Assembly: GCF_006345805.1 (NCBI RefSeq)
Contig: NW_021833930.1
Location: 7,756-71,755 of the forward strand
Direction: 5' to 3'
DNA length: 64,000 bases
DNA from: Octopus sinensis
Lineage: Eukaryota
The notes beneath the pieces were generated by a model. That model searched no databases, was not told where the DNA came from, and saw only the letters and a program-made list of their open reading frames with translations. The translations under genes and the position numbers were made by a program. Shown piece by piece: positions 1-12,659 of this stretch. The stretch's first letter is position 1; the number at the start of each line of letters is the position of its first letter.

Positions 1-149
1 AGGAAATTAAAAAAATAAGAAATAAGTGGAAATTTTACCGGTGAGAGTGTTAAATAATAAGACACAAAAAGAAAATTACTCTCCCCAGACACAACAGAAT
101 ATGCTTCAACACACGAACTCATAAAAAACCAAATCCCAAAACGATAATG

Positions 150-348
150 TTGAATCGCTAGTTTCTGCACGCATTTTTTTCTCCTTGTTTCTCTCCGTGT
201 TTCTTTTCTGTGTATCTTTCTGTTGAAGAGCGTAGGCTCGAAACGTAAAAAACTTATTTTATTTATATCCCTGAGCGCCATACTAATACAATTGTTTGTT
301 TGTACTCCACCTGCCTTCGTCTTTTGTTTATTTTCATAAAGCTTCCCG

Positions 349-352
<4 letters not shown>
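150..352 (+). mobile_element. Short Penelope-like terminal repeat (family P1) containing a hammerhead-like motif
   Basis: Near-identical copy in the opposite orientation at 38399-38600, and a related copy at 20690-20855. Ends in (TA)n. No ORF seen, so the PLE assignment is inference. Confidence 0.6.
216..251 (+). ncRNA. Minimal type I hammerhead-like motif with CUGUUGA core
   Basis: cttt-CTGTTGA-a-gagc(gtag)gctc-GAAAC-GTA-aaaa. Stems I and II are present, and ACGT is a self-complementary stem III (dimer type). Confidence 0.55.
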
Positions 353-405
<53 letters not shown>

Positions 406-864
406 AAATGAAGAAATAAGGTACGTGAATCAGTAAGAATAATGTATGTGTGTGTATGTCATTGAGGGAAAATAAAAAGAATAACTGAAAGAGGACATAT
501 GAACACAAGAAGAAAATGGAGTGAGACTGTAAGTAAAACCGTTGAGAATTATTGAAGGGAGCCGAAAATAAATCTCATAACTTTTAACTTATAATACACT
601 GGTGAGCATCAGTGTGTGTGTGTGTGTTTCGTACGTCAGTATGTGTACGTTCGTGACTATTATCAAAAGTGCAAATCTATCGAATAGGCATTTTTCAAAG
701 TCTGTCAGGACTTTATTAGTCACAGCTGGGAATGAACACGTTCGCAATCGTGAGAACACACGACGAACAGCCCACAGCTGTTTCGAATGGCGGGTCACAT
801 TTACAAGCAGTAATGCTTCGAGTACCACGAGGATGCGTGTGTGTGTGTGTGTGTGTGTATTTTT

Positions 865-898
865 CAGCCATAAAAAAACGTAAGCAAACAACAACAAT

Positions 899-929
<31 letters not shown>

Positions 930-1000
930 TGATAAATAATAAATAAATGATAATGATAAATAATAAATAAATGATAATGATAATAATAATAAATAATAAA

Positions 1001-1033
<33 letters not shown>

Positions 1034-1042
1034 TAATAATAA
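865..1042. repeat. (AAT)n/(AAAT)n microsatellite
   Basis: Direct reading; abuts a SINE B tail. Confidence 0.95.
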
Positions 1043-1335
1043 TTTCTACTGGAGGCACAAGGTCTCAAATTTGTGGGGAGGTGACTAGTCGATTACATCG
1101 AGTGCTAATAATTCTGCCAGCTCACCGCCTTAATAATAATAAGGATGGTTTCAAATTTTGCCAGAAGGGCAGCAATTTTAGGGAAGGGTACGAGTCCATT
1201 ATATCGACCCCCAGTGCTCAACTGATATTTATTCCAACGACCCCGAAAGGATGAAAGGCAAAAATCGAGCCCTGCGGTATTTGAACACAGAACGTAAAGA
1301 CAGACGAAATGCCGCTAAGCATTTTGTCCGCCGTC
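1043..1335 (-). mobile_element. Two degenerate SINE B copies
   Basis: Reverse complement of the B central domain (gcctttcatcctttcggggtcga) and of head/tail motifs. Confidence 0.8.
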
Positions 1336-1697
1336 TTAAGAAGAAGAAGAACAACGAAAACTCAGTAAACAAAGCCCTATTCACAAAACAAAGTGATGTG
1401 GTGCACCAACTGGTGTCTTATTCCCTCAATCCCCATAAAAATTTAAACACAATGCGACAAACACACCTCAGAACAAGGGGGTGCACCAGGTGGTGTAGTA
1501 GAAACTCGCGTGAAACTAACGAAAAAACAACAATAATAATAAATTCGTTTATTGGCCACAAAGGCTTACATAAAATTACATTAAAACACATACAACATAA
1601 AAGTAAAAAACAGGACGACACAATGCGTTTTATAACGTATATATAGAACGAATAAGAATTAAACAATTTAAATAATAATAATAATAATAATAATAAA

Positions 1698-2250
1698 TGC
1701 CCTGATGCAGTACCAGGCAATGGCTCTCATGGCTTCTGATCTTAACTGATTGGAAGTGTTATCGTGTACATTGTTTTGTCTTGGTATAAAAGATGGGCTA
1801 CAGCAAATATTTTGCTCAATACCACAGATTTGTCAGTTGTTTGACCGTAACCAGTTGACCATGTCTCTTAGTGGCTGACGATATGTGCATCTCTGATCAT
1901 GAGCAGAAGTAGTGGGGGATCATCATAGCCGTGTGTTGAAAGGAATTCTTGGAGGTTTGGATAATTTACCTTTGGAAACATGGGTGGTTCGTTCAACATC
2001 CTTAAACAATCCTTATTCAGGGACCTTTTGAGCAGGATGGGTTACTCGACCCAAAGAAAATTCTAACTGGGCCCCACCTGCAAGGTCATGAGCTGTTTAT
2101 CTTGATATGAGATCACCATGTCACGCACATATGGTTGTGATGCATGTGCCTCGTTTACCCTTATCAGACGGGTAGCTATGATGGGTATACTGGGCTTCAT
2201 ATATTTGTACCGCAGTGTCACTTTGATGGCATGCACTGCTCTCTCACTCA
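1698..2250 (-). mobile_element. Element F, full-length copy (~550 bp) between (AAT)n runs
   Basis: Five homologous copies in the window sharing the terminus (T)GAGTGAGAG...; other end ...CAGGGCA. Strand is a convention. Confidence 0.85.
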
Positions 2251-2400
2251 ATAATAATAATAATAATAATAATGATAATAATAATCCTTTCAACTTAAGG
2301 CACAAGGCCTGAAATTTGTTGGGAGAGGTAAGCCGATCACATTGACTTCAGTACTTGACTGGTACAGGATTTATTGACCCTGAATGGATGAAAAATGCGG
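2251..2400 (-). mobile_element. SINE B 3' portion with (ATT)n tail
   Basis: ggcacaaggcctgaaattt tail and central-domain remnant. Confidence 0.75.
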
Positions 2401-3380
2401 TAAAATTAGCACGGGCTTAAGATGATTTTGTTTAAGTCACATGATTACAATCCTACTTTCCACATGCATCTACGCTTGCGTGTGCGTACGTATGCATACG
2501 GAGGGATGTATGTATGTATGTATGTATGTATGTATGTATGTATGTATATTAATAAATAAAATAAAACATATGCATATATATAAACATATATGTACGTACC
2601 TACCTCTACATGTACATATACACGCATATATGAGTACAGGACACCAAAGGGACGTCGAACACAATGAGAAACGAAAACATAGACACAAACCAAAGGAACT
2701 GGACATTTTTTTAAAAACAGCAAAAAAAAAAAGAGTACAGGACAATTAACACAAAGAAAAAAACCCTTCTTCAGTCGCTAAAGGTTTCATCTACTCTACG
2801 TTTGGAAGGATAAAAGCGAGACGTATCTTCGACAAGAAAACTTTCCTTCCTGCGAAAAGCAAATCAATTAAAATTCTGAGATCTTTTCGCAGAGGGGTAA
2901 AAAATGGTAAAAACAGGACAGTAACGACAGTACAAATTTGCATTCCCAGACATATATCGTCCCACAAGGCCTTGCAGTTCTCCTGGTTCAAATCCAGCTC
3001 TTGCTGGGTGAATGTATGTGTGTATGTATGTAAGTCTGTATATGTATGTATACATTTGGATGTATGTATATGTGTGTGAGTGATATATATCACAAAAGAG
3101 ACCGATTCTGAAATGTTTTAAGCGATCGCTATACCCGAGAACGACGAAGCAGCCCTCACACAGACACACTGTCTATTCACATCAGATGGTGTTCAAGTCA
3201 ACTATGACCTGGGTCAACATTGATCTAAACTTATCTAAGTGACGAGCAATAAACTTGAGCATGTACACTGTGTGTGTGATCAAGACTTGTGATAATGAGT
3301 TGAGGAGGGAGGATCGAAAAAGGAACAGTAGATGTAATGTATGGTAGGTATAGTTGTTTGTTGTGATATATGCGATGGTG

Positions 3381-3950
3381 AAGGCGGCGAGCTGGCAGAA
3401 CCGTTAGCACGTCGGGCGAAATGCGAAGCCGTATTTCGTCTGCCGTTACGTTCTGAGTTCAAATTCCGCCGAGGTCGACTTTGCCTTTCATCCTTTCGGG
3501 GTCGATAAATTAAGTACCAGTTACGCACTGGAATCGATGCAATCGACTTAATCCGTTTGTCTGTCTTTGTTTGTCCCTTCTATGTTTATCCACTTGTGGG
3601 TAATAAAGAAACAGATATTTCGTCTCTCTTTATGTTCTGAGTTCAAATTCCACCGAGGTCAACTTTGCTTTTCATCCTTTCGGGGTCGATAAATTAAGTA
3701 CCAGTTACGCACTGGGGTCGATGTAATCGACTTAATCCGTTTGTCCCCTCTATGTTTAGCCCCTTGTGGGTAATAAAGAAACAGATATTTCGTCCGTCTT
3801 TATGTTCTGAGTTCAAATTCCGCCGAGGTCAACTTTGCTTTTCATCCTTTCGGGGTCGATAAATTAAGTACCAGTTGGGTATTGAAGTGGATCTAACCGA
3901 CTGCCCCCGCATTCCCAAAATCTTCGGGCCTTGAGCCTAGAGTAGATAAG
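3381..3950 (+). mobile_element. tRNA-derived SINE B, head plus three tandem body units
   Basis: A-box-like TGGCAGAACCG and B-box GAGTTCAAATTCC. Body restarts at 3431, 3615 and 3785. Confidence 0.9.
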
Positions 3951-4355
3951 ATATGTGTGGTGGTGGTGATGAAAATGGCGATGGTGGTGGTGGAGGTGCG
4001 GTGATCGTAGTATATAGAAGTTGGTAATAGCGGTGATGGGGGGGCCGGTGAAAGTAAAAGGCCGTGGTGACATTCGTACTGTTGGGAATGATGGTAGTGT
4101 TCTAAGTGAATTCATAGGGGTGGTGTTGATGTTGATACAGAAGGTGGTGGATTACAAAAAATAGGGGTGTTTAAATGGACATGGTGGGAAAGACACACAC
4201 ACAAAAAGTACAACGAACGAACAAAACAATAGAAAGCGGAAGAGGAAGAGATAAGGGAGACAAACGGGAGACCCTACATTGTGTGTGCGCGCGCGTGAAT
4301 ATGTATGTATGTATGTAAGTATGTGTGTAAGTATGTGTGTGTGTATGTGTGTGTG

Positions 4356-4400
<45 letters not shown>

Positions 4401-5339
4401 CAGTGCAATGATGTGAGGAAAGAGCAGGGATGTCTAATAGACAAAGAGAGACCTGAAACTATTAATACATAGAGAGTAGTAGTTGTAGAAACAAACAATA
4501 TAGGATCTTTTCCCTTTCACAATATATATAGTTACTGAGAGTTATAATAATAACAATAGCACAAAATACTGTCATCTCCCGCCGTCTTTCTTTGTCTATC
4601 TGTCTGTCTGTCTGTTTCTCTTTCTCCCCCCCCCCTGGGCTTTATCATAGAAAGGAAGGAAATTGCCATGTAGCAGTAGATTAGTGTGATAAAAGGGTTG
4701 GTGGAAGGAAGTTGCCGGTGTCAACGATCGTTTGATGAAGGGCACGGTAACCCTGTACTTCGAAGGCACCGTCAATACACTCATAGACACCACATACATA
4801 CAGGCAGACACACGCGCAAGCGCGCGTGCATACATTCACCGAGTTCAGCGAAAGACACGGTTAGGATTAAGGAGAAGGAGGTGGAGGAGAAAAAAAGGGA
4901 CGAAGAGTAGGGTTAGGGTGACATGGTTGAATGAAAACGTGAAGACGGAAGACGAAAAATAAGTCCCCTTGACACGTCCAGAAATCAGAAGTAGGAGAAT
5001 TCGGTATCACCTTCTTGATAAATAAAAGGGAATGTCACGGATGTTCCAAAATTTATACCACAATTTTTTGGCACCCAGACAGCTGAAATTTTTCCATAAG
5101 GATACATCTTTTGTTCAAAGAGGAAGTTATAAACCATGTCACTTTTTCTAAACTTTTTATTGTTTGGGAATGTTTTTAAATCTTTTCCAACCACTAGAAT
5201 AGTTCCAAATTTTCTACACTTATGGAGTTAGGCATGTTGATCACGAAATTAACGTTTATTTTCAGAAAGTTGGTAAGGAAAAGATTTCTCTGGTTGGGAA
5301 ACATTTAAACAAGATTCCATGTCTAGACATAAAAGAAAA

Positions 5340-5573
5340 GCTTACAAAAACTATATACATACATACATGCATGCGTGTATGCATGTATGTATGTATGCAT
5401 GCATGTATGTATGTATGCATGCATACATACACGCATGCATGCATACATACACGCATGCATGCATACATACATACACGCATACATGCATGCATACACGCAT
5501 GCATGCATGCATGCATACATACATACATACATGCATACACGCATGCATACATACATACATACATGCATACACG

Positions 5574-5612
<39 letters not shown>
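5340..5612. repeat. (CATA/CATG)n and (TA)n microsatellite
   Basis: Direct reading. Confidence 0.95.
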
Positions 5613-5615
<3 letters not shown>

Positions 5616-5716
5616 GGAGTAAACACATAAATGTGAAACAAGGTGGAAAAAAGAGTACTCAAATACCAGTGGTAGAGTAATATGCTTAATTAAAGCAGCA
5701 GAAAATTCAACAAAAT

Positions 5717-5754
5717 CTGTTACTCTGAGTTTCTCGTTGCCGTTCATCAGACAA
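5717..5754 (-). ncRNA. Hammerhead-like motif (family P2)
   Basis: Minus strand: ttgt-CTGATGA-acg(gcaa)cga-GAAAC-tcaga-GTA-acag. Complete core, with a mismatch at the base of stem II. Confidence 0.55.
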
Positions 5755-5770
5755 TTTTTGCTAAATAAAG

Positions 5771-5801
<31 letters not shown>

Positions 5802-5829
5802 TATATATATATTATATATATATATATTT

Positions 5830-5940
5830 ATTTATTTTATAGAAGGAGCTTCTACAGGACTAGAACTGTTTCATTCAAATGATGATTTCATTTGAATGAA
5901 ACAGTTCTAGTCCTGTAGAAGCTCCTTCTATAAAATAAAT
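5830..5940. repeat. Perfect 53-bp inverted repeat with 5-nt spacer
   Basis: 5830-5882 is the exact reverse complement of 5888-5940. Confidence 0.97.
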
Positions 5941-6028
5941 TAATTTACTCTGCTATGTATTGAGTACCTTATTTACTGTGGTTAACCCCGACTCAAGCCA
6001 GTCATATATATACATATATATATATATA

Positions 6029-6158
6029 TGACTGGCTTCTTTCATTTTCCGTCTACCAAATCCACTCACAAGGCTTTGGTCGGCCCGAAGGTATAATAGA
6101 AGACACTCGCCCACGGTGCCTGCCACACAGTGGGATTGAACCCGGAACCAGCCACACC
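6029..6158 (-). mobile_element. SINE A, 5' half
   Basis: Matches the other A copies. Confidence 0.8.
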
Positions 6159-6350
6159 TGAGCATTTTTAAGAAACATAATTTAAACCATCTTTTGAAGT
6201 GTTTAGATGCCAAAATTCTGAGCCTCCAGCCAAAATTGTCTGCATCAGTTTTTGAAGAAATTTATCCAAAATAGAATTAATTCTTGTAGTTATATTTAGT
6301 CTAGTTATTTTATACATATGTATGTAGTATATATGTATGCGTATATATAC

Positions 6351-6381
<31 letters not shown>

Positions 6382-6406
6382 ATATACATATATGTGTCTG
6401 AATGTA

Positions 6407-6453
<47 letters not shown>

Positions 6454-8228
6454 GTGTGTCTGAATGTATGTGTGTGTGTGTGTATATATATATATGTATG
6501 TATAAATAAGTGTGAGTGCGTGTGTGTATGGTAACAACACATTTGTTAGTACTTTCTACATCACTCCTTAATCTATGTACGCTTATACACACCACACATT
6601 CTTTTACCAGCTTCAGTCAAGATTTACAACGTTGATGGAGAACCGCCAACACACATAGTTGCTTAGACTTTTCCTCAGGTTTAGTTAATCAGCTATGAAT
6701 TTCCTTTCTCTAAAAATATAATAAAATAACATTTTTTTTTTTCTTTCTACACTTGAAATAAAATTTCAGTTCTTTAATAAAGACGATTATTTGCATAAAG
6801 TGTGGTAATTTTATTTGAATAGTAAAAATAAATTTAAGCATTTGACAGTTCAACGAGGAAATTATGTAACGCGAGAATGCATGAAGATAGGTTCATGTGT
6901 AGAATTGTGAATACATAAAAGCGAGGTACATAGCAGTGATGGCTTCGTTAGCATTACCATTATCTAACTGAAAGAAGCCCGTCGTGTGTGTGTATGAGTG
7001 TACAGGATCTTTTCACCTTGACCGGCCCAAATGAGACATTAGTGTGTGGGGGGGGGAAATTGACTTGGAATCCAAAAAAATCATCCAGATATTTAATTAG
7101 CAACCTCAATTACAATCGGTTCAAAGTTGAAGAAAAGTCTTTTGAAAAACGAGAGCCTACCACACTCAATTTCAACAACTATGCTGACCAACTTTAACCC
7201 CTAAATATAATGTAGTTGACACAAAGCGATGATACAATACTAGCAATAAAATGAGAACTGAGCAACGAATAGTTACTCATTTTGCCCCCCCCCACACATA
7301 TATATATATATATATTATATAGGGGCAAAATGAGTAACACATATATATTGTGGGGGGCAAGGTCTCGAAAGGTGAAAACTTGAATATGATGATGATGAAG
7401 ATAGATAAAGACGTGTAAAAGATGGCAAACAATAAAAATAAGGTTGACGAAAATTTGCGGGTACGGAATTCGCTTAGTGGGTGCAAACCCAAGTTTTCCA
7501 GAATGTTGAAAACATTGCTCCCGCAAAAATTTTGAGTGTGAAGGAGCGCTTGCACCCTCTGCAAACCCTGTATTCTGAGCCCATAAATGCAGAGGAAAAA
7601 AACAGGTCAAGCGAAAAGATTAAAACGTGAAGATCGTGTCGTATGATAACAGAGATGCATAATAATATCAGAGACAGATGGAGATGGAGAAAGGGGGACA
7701 CGCGTAAAGAGATGCGAGGAGGGCGGATGCTGTGAATGTTTGGGTGTGTATTTACGCGTGGGCGAAGTTTGAAGTTCGCAGGTTCTAAGAGACAAGCGAG
7801 GCTAGTATTTACAAGAGCGAATGTACGGCAGTTGGGGTGAAGCGGGATGAAGGGCGGGAGACAGAGGGTACTTGTGTCAATGAGGCAGAGAAAGTTCATG
7901 TGAGTGTTGGGATTACGAAGAAATAATATTAATGTAATGGATATATTAAAATCAGGTTAAACCATCCCATTTGTGATGAAAGCATTACTCCTGTATTGCG
8001 TGCGTGAGTGACTGTGAGTGAGTGCGAGCACGCAGAGGTTTTGTCAATCATCTGTATACGAAGAACATTGATCTACAAAAACAAAAAAAGCTTTTATCTT
8101 CGATCTACTCAGGGATGACAGACCGAGGGCTAAACGAAGCGACAATAATGTGGGATCTTTTCCTTTTGAACGGCAGTTTTCAACACAATTTCTAGTTAAC
8201 TAAACACTTTTAAACTTCGTATACTGGC

Positions 8229-8390
8229 GCAGGGGAGGCTGTATGGTAAGTAGCTTGTTTACCAACCACATGGTTCCGGGTTCAGTCCCACAGCGTGGCA
8301 CCTTGGGCAAGTGTCTTCTACTATAGCCTCGGGCCGACCAAAGCCTTGTGAGTGGATTTGGTAGACGGAAACTGAAAGAAGCCAGTCGTA

Positions 8391-8430
<40 letters not shown>

Positions 8431-8655
8431 TATGTATGTGTGTGTGTGTCTGTGTTTGTCCACTCCCAAAATCGCTTGACAACCGATGCTGGTGTGTTTA
8501 TGTCCCCGTTACTTAGCGGTTTGGCAAAGAGACCGATAGAATAAGTACTGGGCTTACAAAAGAATAAGACCCGGGGTCGAATTGCTCGATTAAAAGGCGG
8601 TGCTCCAGCATGGCCGCAGTCAAATGACTGAAACAAGTAAAAGAGAGAAAAGAGG
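8229..8655 (+). mobile_element. tRNA-derived SINE A, full length with internal (TA)n(TG)n
   Basis: A-box-like GGCTGTATGGT, B-box GGTTCAGTCCC, CORE-like ccttgggcaagtg, tail ...gactgaaacaagtaaaagag. Confidence 0.92.
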
Positions 8656-9374
8656 GAAAGAGAGTAGAATGTGTTTATAAAACATCTTTTTCTCTTGGCT
8701 TTATTGAGAAAATTCTATAGTTTGTAACATATTTCAACTTTAATTTCAAGCATTCAAAAGGAAAAAATCCAAAATGTGTAGGGATTAACTACATATCTAA
8801 GACAGAAAGTTATGATAAAAAATACCCCTTCACTTCCTCACAAACTACGAGGTGGGGGGGCCTAATCCGAAACTGCCAAAATAAACTACTTAAGATCTTA
8901 ATAGTTTCAGCGTTCAAGATAACTCGGAATGCAATTATTGTTAAGGTTAGGTGTAACTTTCTAATAATCACCTATAATTAGACAGGGCGTGGAAAAGTAA
9001 ACAGAATCGTTCAAGTACTGGATTTTTGTTGTTTTTATCTCCTATTGTTTCCTACTTTCGGAGATATAAACCTCGTGGTTTTAATTATTTCGTTTACCTT
9101 TCCACGGTGAACTTTGAAATCTGTTTTAAAAAAAAAAGACGCTTGTGTGTCTATGATTAAAAAAAATCAGCCGAGTATTTGACAGATAAGAAGAGAAAGA
9201 ACCAGTCAAGTATTGTAGTCGATGCAATCGTCTAACCCCCGAACTTCATAGACTATCGACCTCTACATGGAATCCTTGACCCCTCATCGACCCCCACCCA
9301 AGCATGTACAAGAAAATAGATAAATAATAATGATAAATAGATGTGCATTTATCAACCACTTGAGCGGTCCCATC

Positions 9375-9728
9375 GACCACTTTGGAGACTCCTGGTCTAA
9401 CATTTTCTCCTCTAAATACTGGACTTGTGCCAAAATTTGAAACCATTAGAGTTGTTAGCATGCCAGACGAAATGCCTTTCATCCTTTAGGGTCGACTTTG
9501 CCTTTCATCCTTTAGGGTCGACTTTGCCTTTCACCCTTCGGAGTCGATAAAATAAGTACCAGTCGAGTAATGGGGTCAATGTAATCAATTTACCCACTTC
9601 TCACAAATTGCTGGCCTTGTGCCAAAATTTCAAGTCAGTATTTACAGTTTCATCTCCTTAATATTTGGGGTCGAGTCGACTATCCCGCTCCCCCACAAAT
9701 TTTAGACCTTGTACCTATAGTGAAAAGG

Positions 9729-9759
<31 letters not shown>
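9375..9759 (+). mobile_element. SINE B (rearranged) with (ATT)n tail
   Basis: Central domain with a local ~25-bp duplication; tail gaccttgtacctatagtgaaaaggattatt. Confidence 0.8.
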
Positions 9760-10241
9760 AGTGAGAGAACAGTGTATGCTATCAAAGTGACACTGAGGTA
9801 CAAATATACAAAGCCCAGTATACCCATCATGACTACCTGTCTGAAAAGGGTACACCAGTCACATGAATCACAACCATATGTGCGTGACACGATGATCTTA
9901 TATCAAGATAAACAGCACATGACCTTGCAGGTGGGGCCCAGTTAGAATTTTCTTCAGGTCGAGGAGCTCATCCCACTCAAAAGGCCCCTGAATAAGGGTC
10001 ATTTAAGGATGTTGAATGAAACCCCGATGTTTCCAGGGGTGAATCATTCAAACCCCAAAGAATCCTTCTCAACACAAGACTGATGATCTCCTGCTACTTC
10101 TGCTTGTGATCAGTCACCAAAGGACATGCTCAACAGGTTATGGTCAAACAACTGAAAGCAAATCTGTAGTATTGAACCGAATATTTGCCATAGCCCATCT
10201 TTTATATCAAGACAAAACATGTACATAATAACACTTCCAAT
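9760..10241 (+). mobile_element. Element F, truncated at its far end
   Basis: Homologous to 14648-15187. Confidence 0.85.
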
Positions 10242-10242
10242 A

Positions 10243-10428
10243 ACAGAGTTCTATATTTAAGAGATGAGGAATTAAGTACATTATTTACATTTGATGGATA
10301 TTTGTCCTCATCTTGTTTGTTGTTAACACAATGTTTCTGCTGATATACCCTCCAGCCTTCATCAGGTGTCTCGAGGAAATTTTGAACCTGGGTTCTCATT
10401 CCTAAGGTATTTTTCAAGGTTATTATTA
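10243..10428 (-). mobile_element. 3' part of the hammerhead-bearing SINE (family P3)
   Basis: Reverse complement of 50470-50662. Confidence 0.85.
10325..10370 (-). ncRNA. Hammerhead motif in family P3 (decayed copy)
   Basis: gacac-CTGATGA-a-ggctg(gagggtatat)cagca-GAAAC-ATT-gtgtt. Confidence 0.6.
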
Positions 10429-10429
10429 A

Positions 10430-10591
10430 TCACAAAGTGTGTCAGAATAAACATTGCCAAACAGCCAATAGAGACTCGGACATTGCTTAGAAAATATTTT
10501 TCATTTTTAACCTCGTATATAGTACGCAGTAGGGATTTTGACCTTTAAATTTTGGGGAAAAAATGCGGATTATACTCGAGGATTTACAGTA
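10430..10591 (+). mobile_element. Tc2/pogo-like MITE, 3' half
   Basis: Ends TATACTCGAGGATTTACAGTA, matching 30882-31405. Confidence 0.85.
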
Positions 10592-10735
10592 TCCATTATA
10601 GTCACCATCAACAACCAGATGACGGAGTATCTTGTAATTGATTAACCCTACTTCTACTGTAGGAATAAGAATTGGTAAGTCTTTACTAGTTGGATTAGTG
10701 TAAAAGAGGCACATAAAAAATAAGAGTGACTCCCA

Positions 10736-11229
10736 GCTTCTGATCTTAACTGATTGGAAGTGTTGTCATGTATATGATTCATCTTGGTTAAAAAGAAGGG
10801 CTACAGCAAATATTCTGCTCAATACCACAGATTTTCCTTATCAGCTGCTTAACCTTGACAATATGTGAATCTCTGATCACACAGAGTAGTCGGGGAGCAT
10901 TAGGGTTTATGTGTTGTGAGGAATTCTTTGGGGTTTGAATAAATTCACCGCTGAAAACATAGGTGTTTCATTCATAATGTTTAAATAAACCTTATTCAAA
11001 GACCTTTTGAGCTGGGTGGGTTACTTGACCTGAAGAATATTCTAACTAGGCCTCACCTGCAAGTTCATGCAATGTTTATCTTGATGAGGTCACTCTATCA
11101 TGCACATGTGATTGTGAAGCATGTACCTGGTGTACTCTTATCTGATGGTTAGTCATGATGAGTATATTGGGCTTTATATATTTGTACACCAATGTCACTT
11201 TGATGGCATGCCTTTGCTCTCTCACTCAA
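10736..11229 (-). mobile_element. Element F
   Basis: Homologous to 1698-2250. Confidence 0.85.
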
Positions 11230-11344
11230 TAACAATTTCGCCCAATTTTGACGTCAATGTTACTTAGTTTGGTTTGAAATAAAGAACTTGATTAGCTTAA
11301 TAATCCTAACTTAATCCCAGGCAAAGCCAGGTTATACTGCTAGT
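11230..11344 (+). mobile_element. Helitron-type 3' terminus remnant
   Basis: cccaggcaaagccagg hairpin followed by CTAG-T, like the Helitrons at 18022 and 31806. Confidence 0.5.
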
Positions 11345-11762
11345 CCTTTCTATTATTGGCACAAGGCCTGAAATTTGTGGAAAGGGGTAAGTCAACTACA
11401 TCAACATCAGTACTCAACTGGCACTTACTTTATCGACCCAGAAGGGATGAAAGGCAATGCTGACCTCGGTGGAATTTGAACTCAGAATGTAAAGATGGGC
11501 GAAATGCCGCTAAGCATTTTGCCCGGTATGCTAATGAGTCTGCCAGATCACCACCTTAATAATAATAACAACAACACTTTCTATAATAGGCACAAGGCCT
11601 GAAATTTGGTGGGAGGGGACTAGTCAATTAGATCGACCCCAGTATTTCACTGGTACTTAATTTATTGACCTCGGAAGGATGAAAGTCGACCATGGCAGAA
11701 TTTGAACTCAGAATGTAAGCATTTCGGCCAGCATGCTAACAACTGTGCCAGCTCACCACCTT
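11345..11762 (-). mobile_element. Two tandem SINE B copies
   Basis: B head, central and tail motifs on the minus strand. Confidence 0.85.
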
Positions 11763-11774
11763 GTAATAATGATA

Positions 11775-11809
<35 letters not shown>

Positions 11810-11895
11810 AAGTTTCTTTTATTTGTCACAGGAGCATCAGGTTAGGGGAAAGAAAGAGAGAGGAGGGTTGAATGATGATAAAGGTATACATAAGA

Positions 11896-12292
11896 GCAGG
11901 TGTGGCCATGTGGTAGGAAGTTTGCTTCTCAACCCACATGGCTCCGGGTTCAATCCAACTTTGTGGCACCTTGGGCATTTCCAACAATATATAACCTGAG
12001 GCTAACCAATGCCTTGTGAGTGGACCTGGTAGACAGAAACTGAATGAAGCCCATCATGTGTGTGTGTCTTTTTGTTTGAATTTGTTTCTCACTACCAGTT
12101 GACAACCCATGCTGGTGTGTTTATGTCCTCATAATATAGCGGTTCAGCAAAAAGAGACTGATGGAATGAGTACCAGGCTAAAAAAAAATAAATAAGTACT
12201 GGGGTCGATTCATTTGACTAAAACCTCTTCAAAGCAGTACCCCAGCATGGCCACAGACTAATGACTGAAACAAGTAAAAGATAAAAGATAAA
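11896..12292 (+). mobile_element. SINE A, diverged full-length copy
   Basis: Matches 8229-8655. Confidence 0.85.
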
Positions 12293-12659
12293 ATATAGTA
12301 TACAAATTATGTGAAAGCATCTATGACACAGTTGTCCTGTTGCAGAAGAACCCCTAACAAGGGTCAGTCAAGGAACCCCACAGATCCAGGATCATCCTGA
12401 TCCCCAAATGCACAAGCCCTCACCCAACTGTTGCTCTTCAATCTACAAGTGCATGCTTAGAGTAGATCCATTCGCCCTAACTACTTGTGTCATAGTCACC
12501 CACCTTTTTATAAATTCACTAAGAGAGAGAGAGAGAACTTACCTCCCCACCTTCTCTTTCTTTCCAAAGTGGAACAAAAAAAGTTGATGAGGGCTTGATG
12601 ACCAAAGGTGAATATGTGTTTCCAATGATGATAAATATTTCTTATTTTATGCACGAAGC

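Noticed and set aside
2960-3005. tRNA-like T-arm (ctggttcaaatccag)
   Set aside because: Only a B-box hairpin; no A box or acceptor stem found.
4985-5194. 69-aa non-repetitive ORF
   Set aside because: No recognisable homology or splice support; its length is within random expectation.
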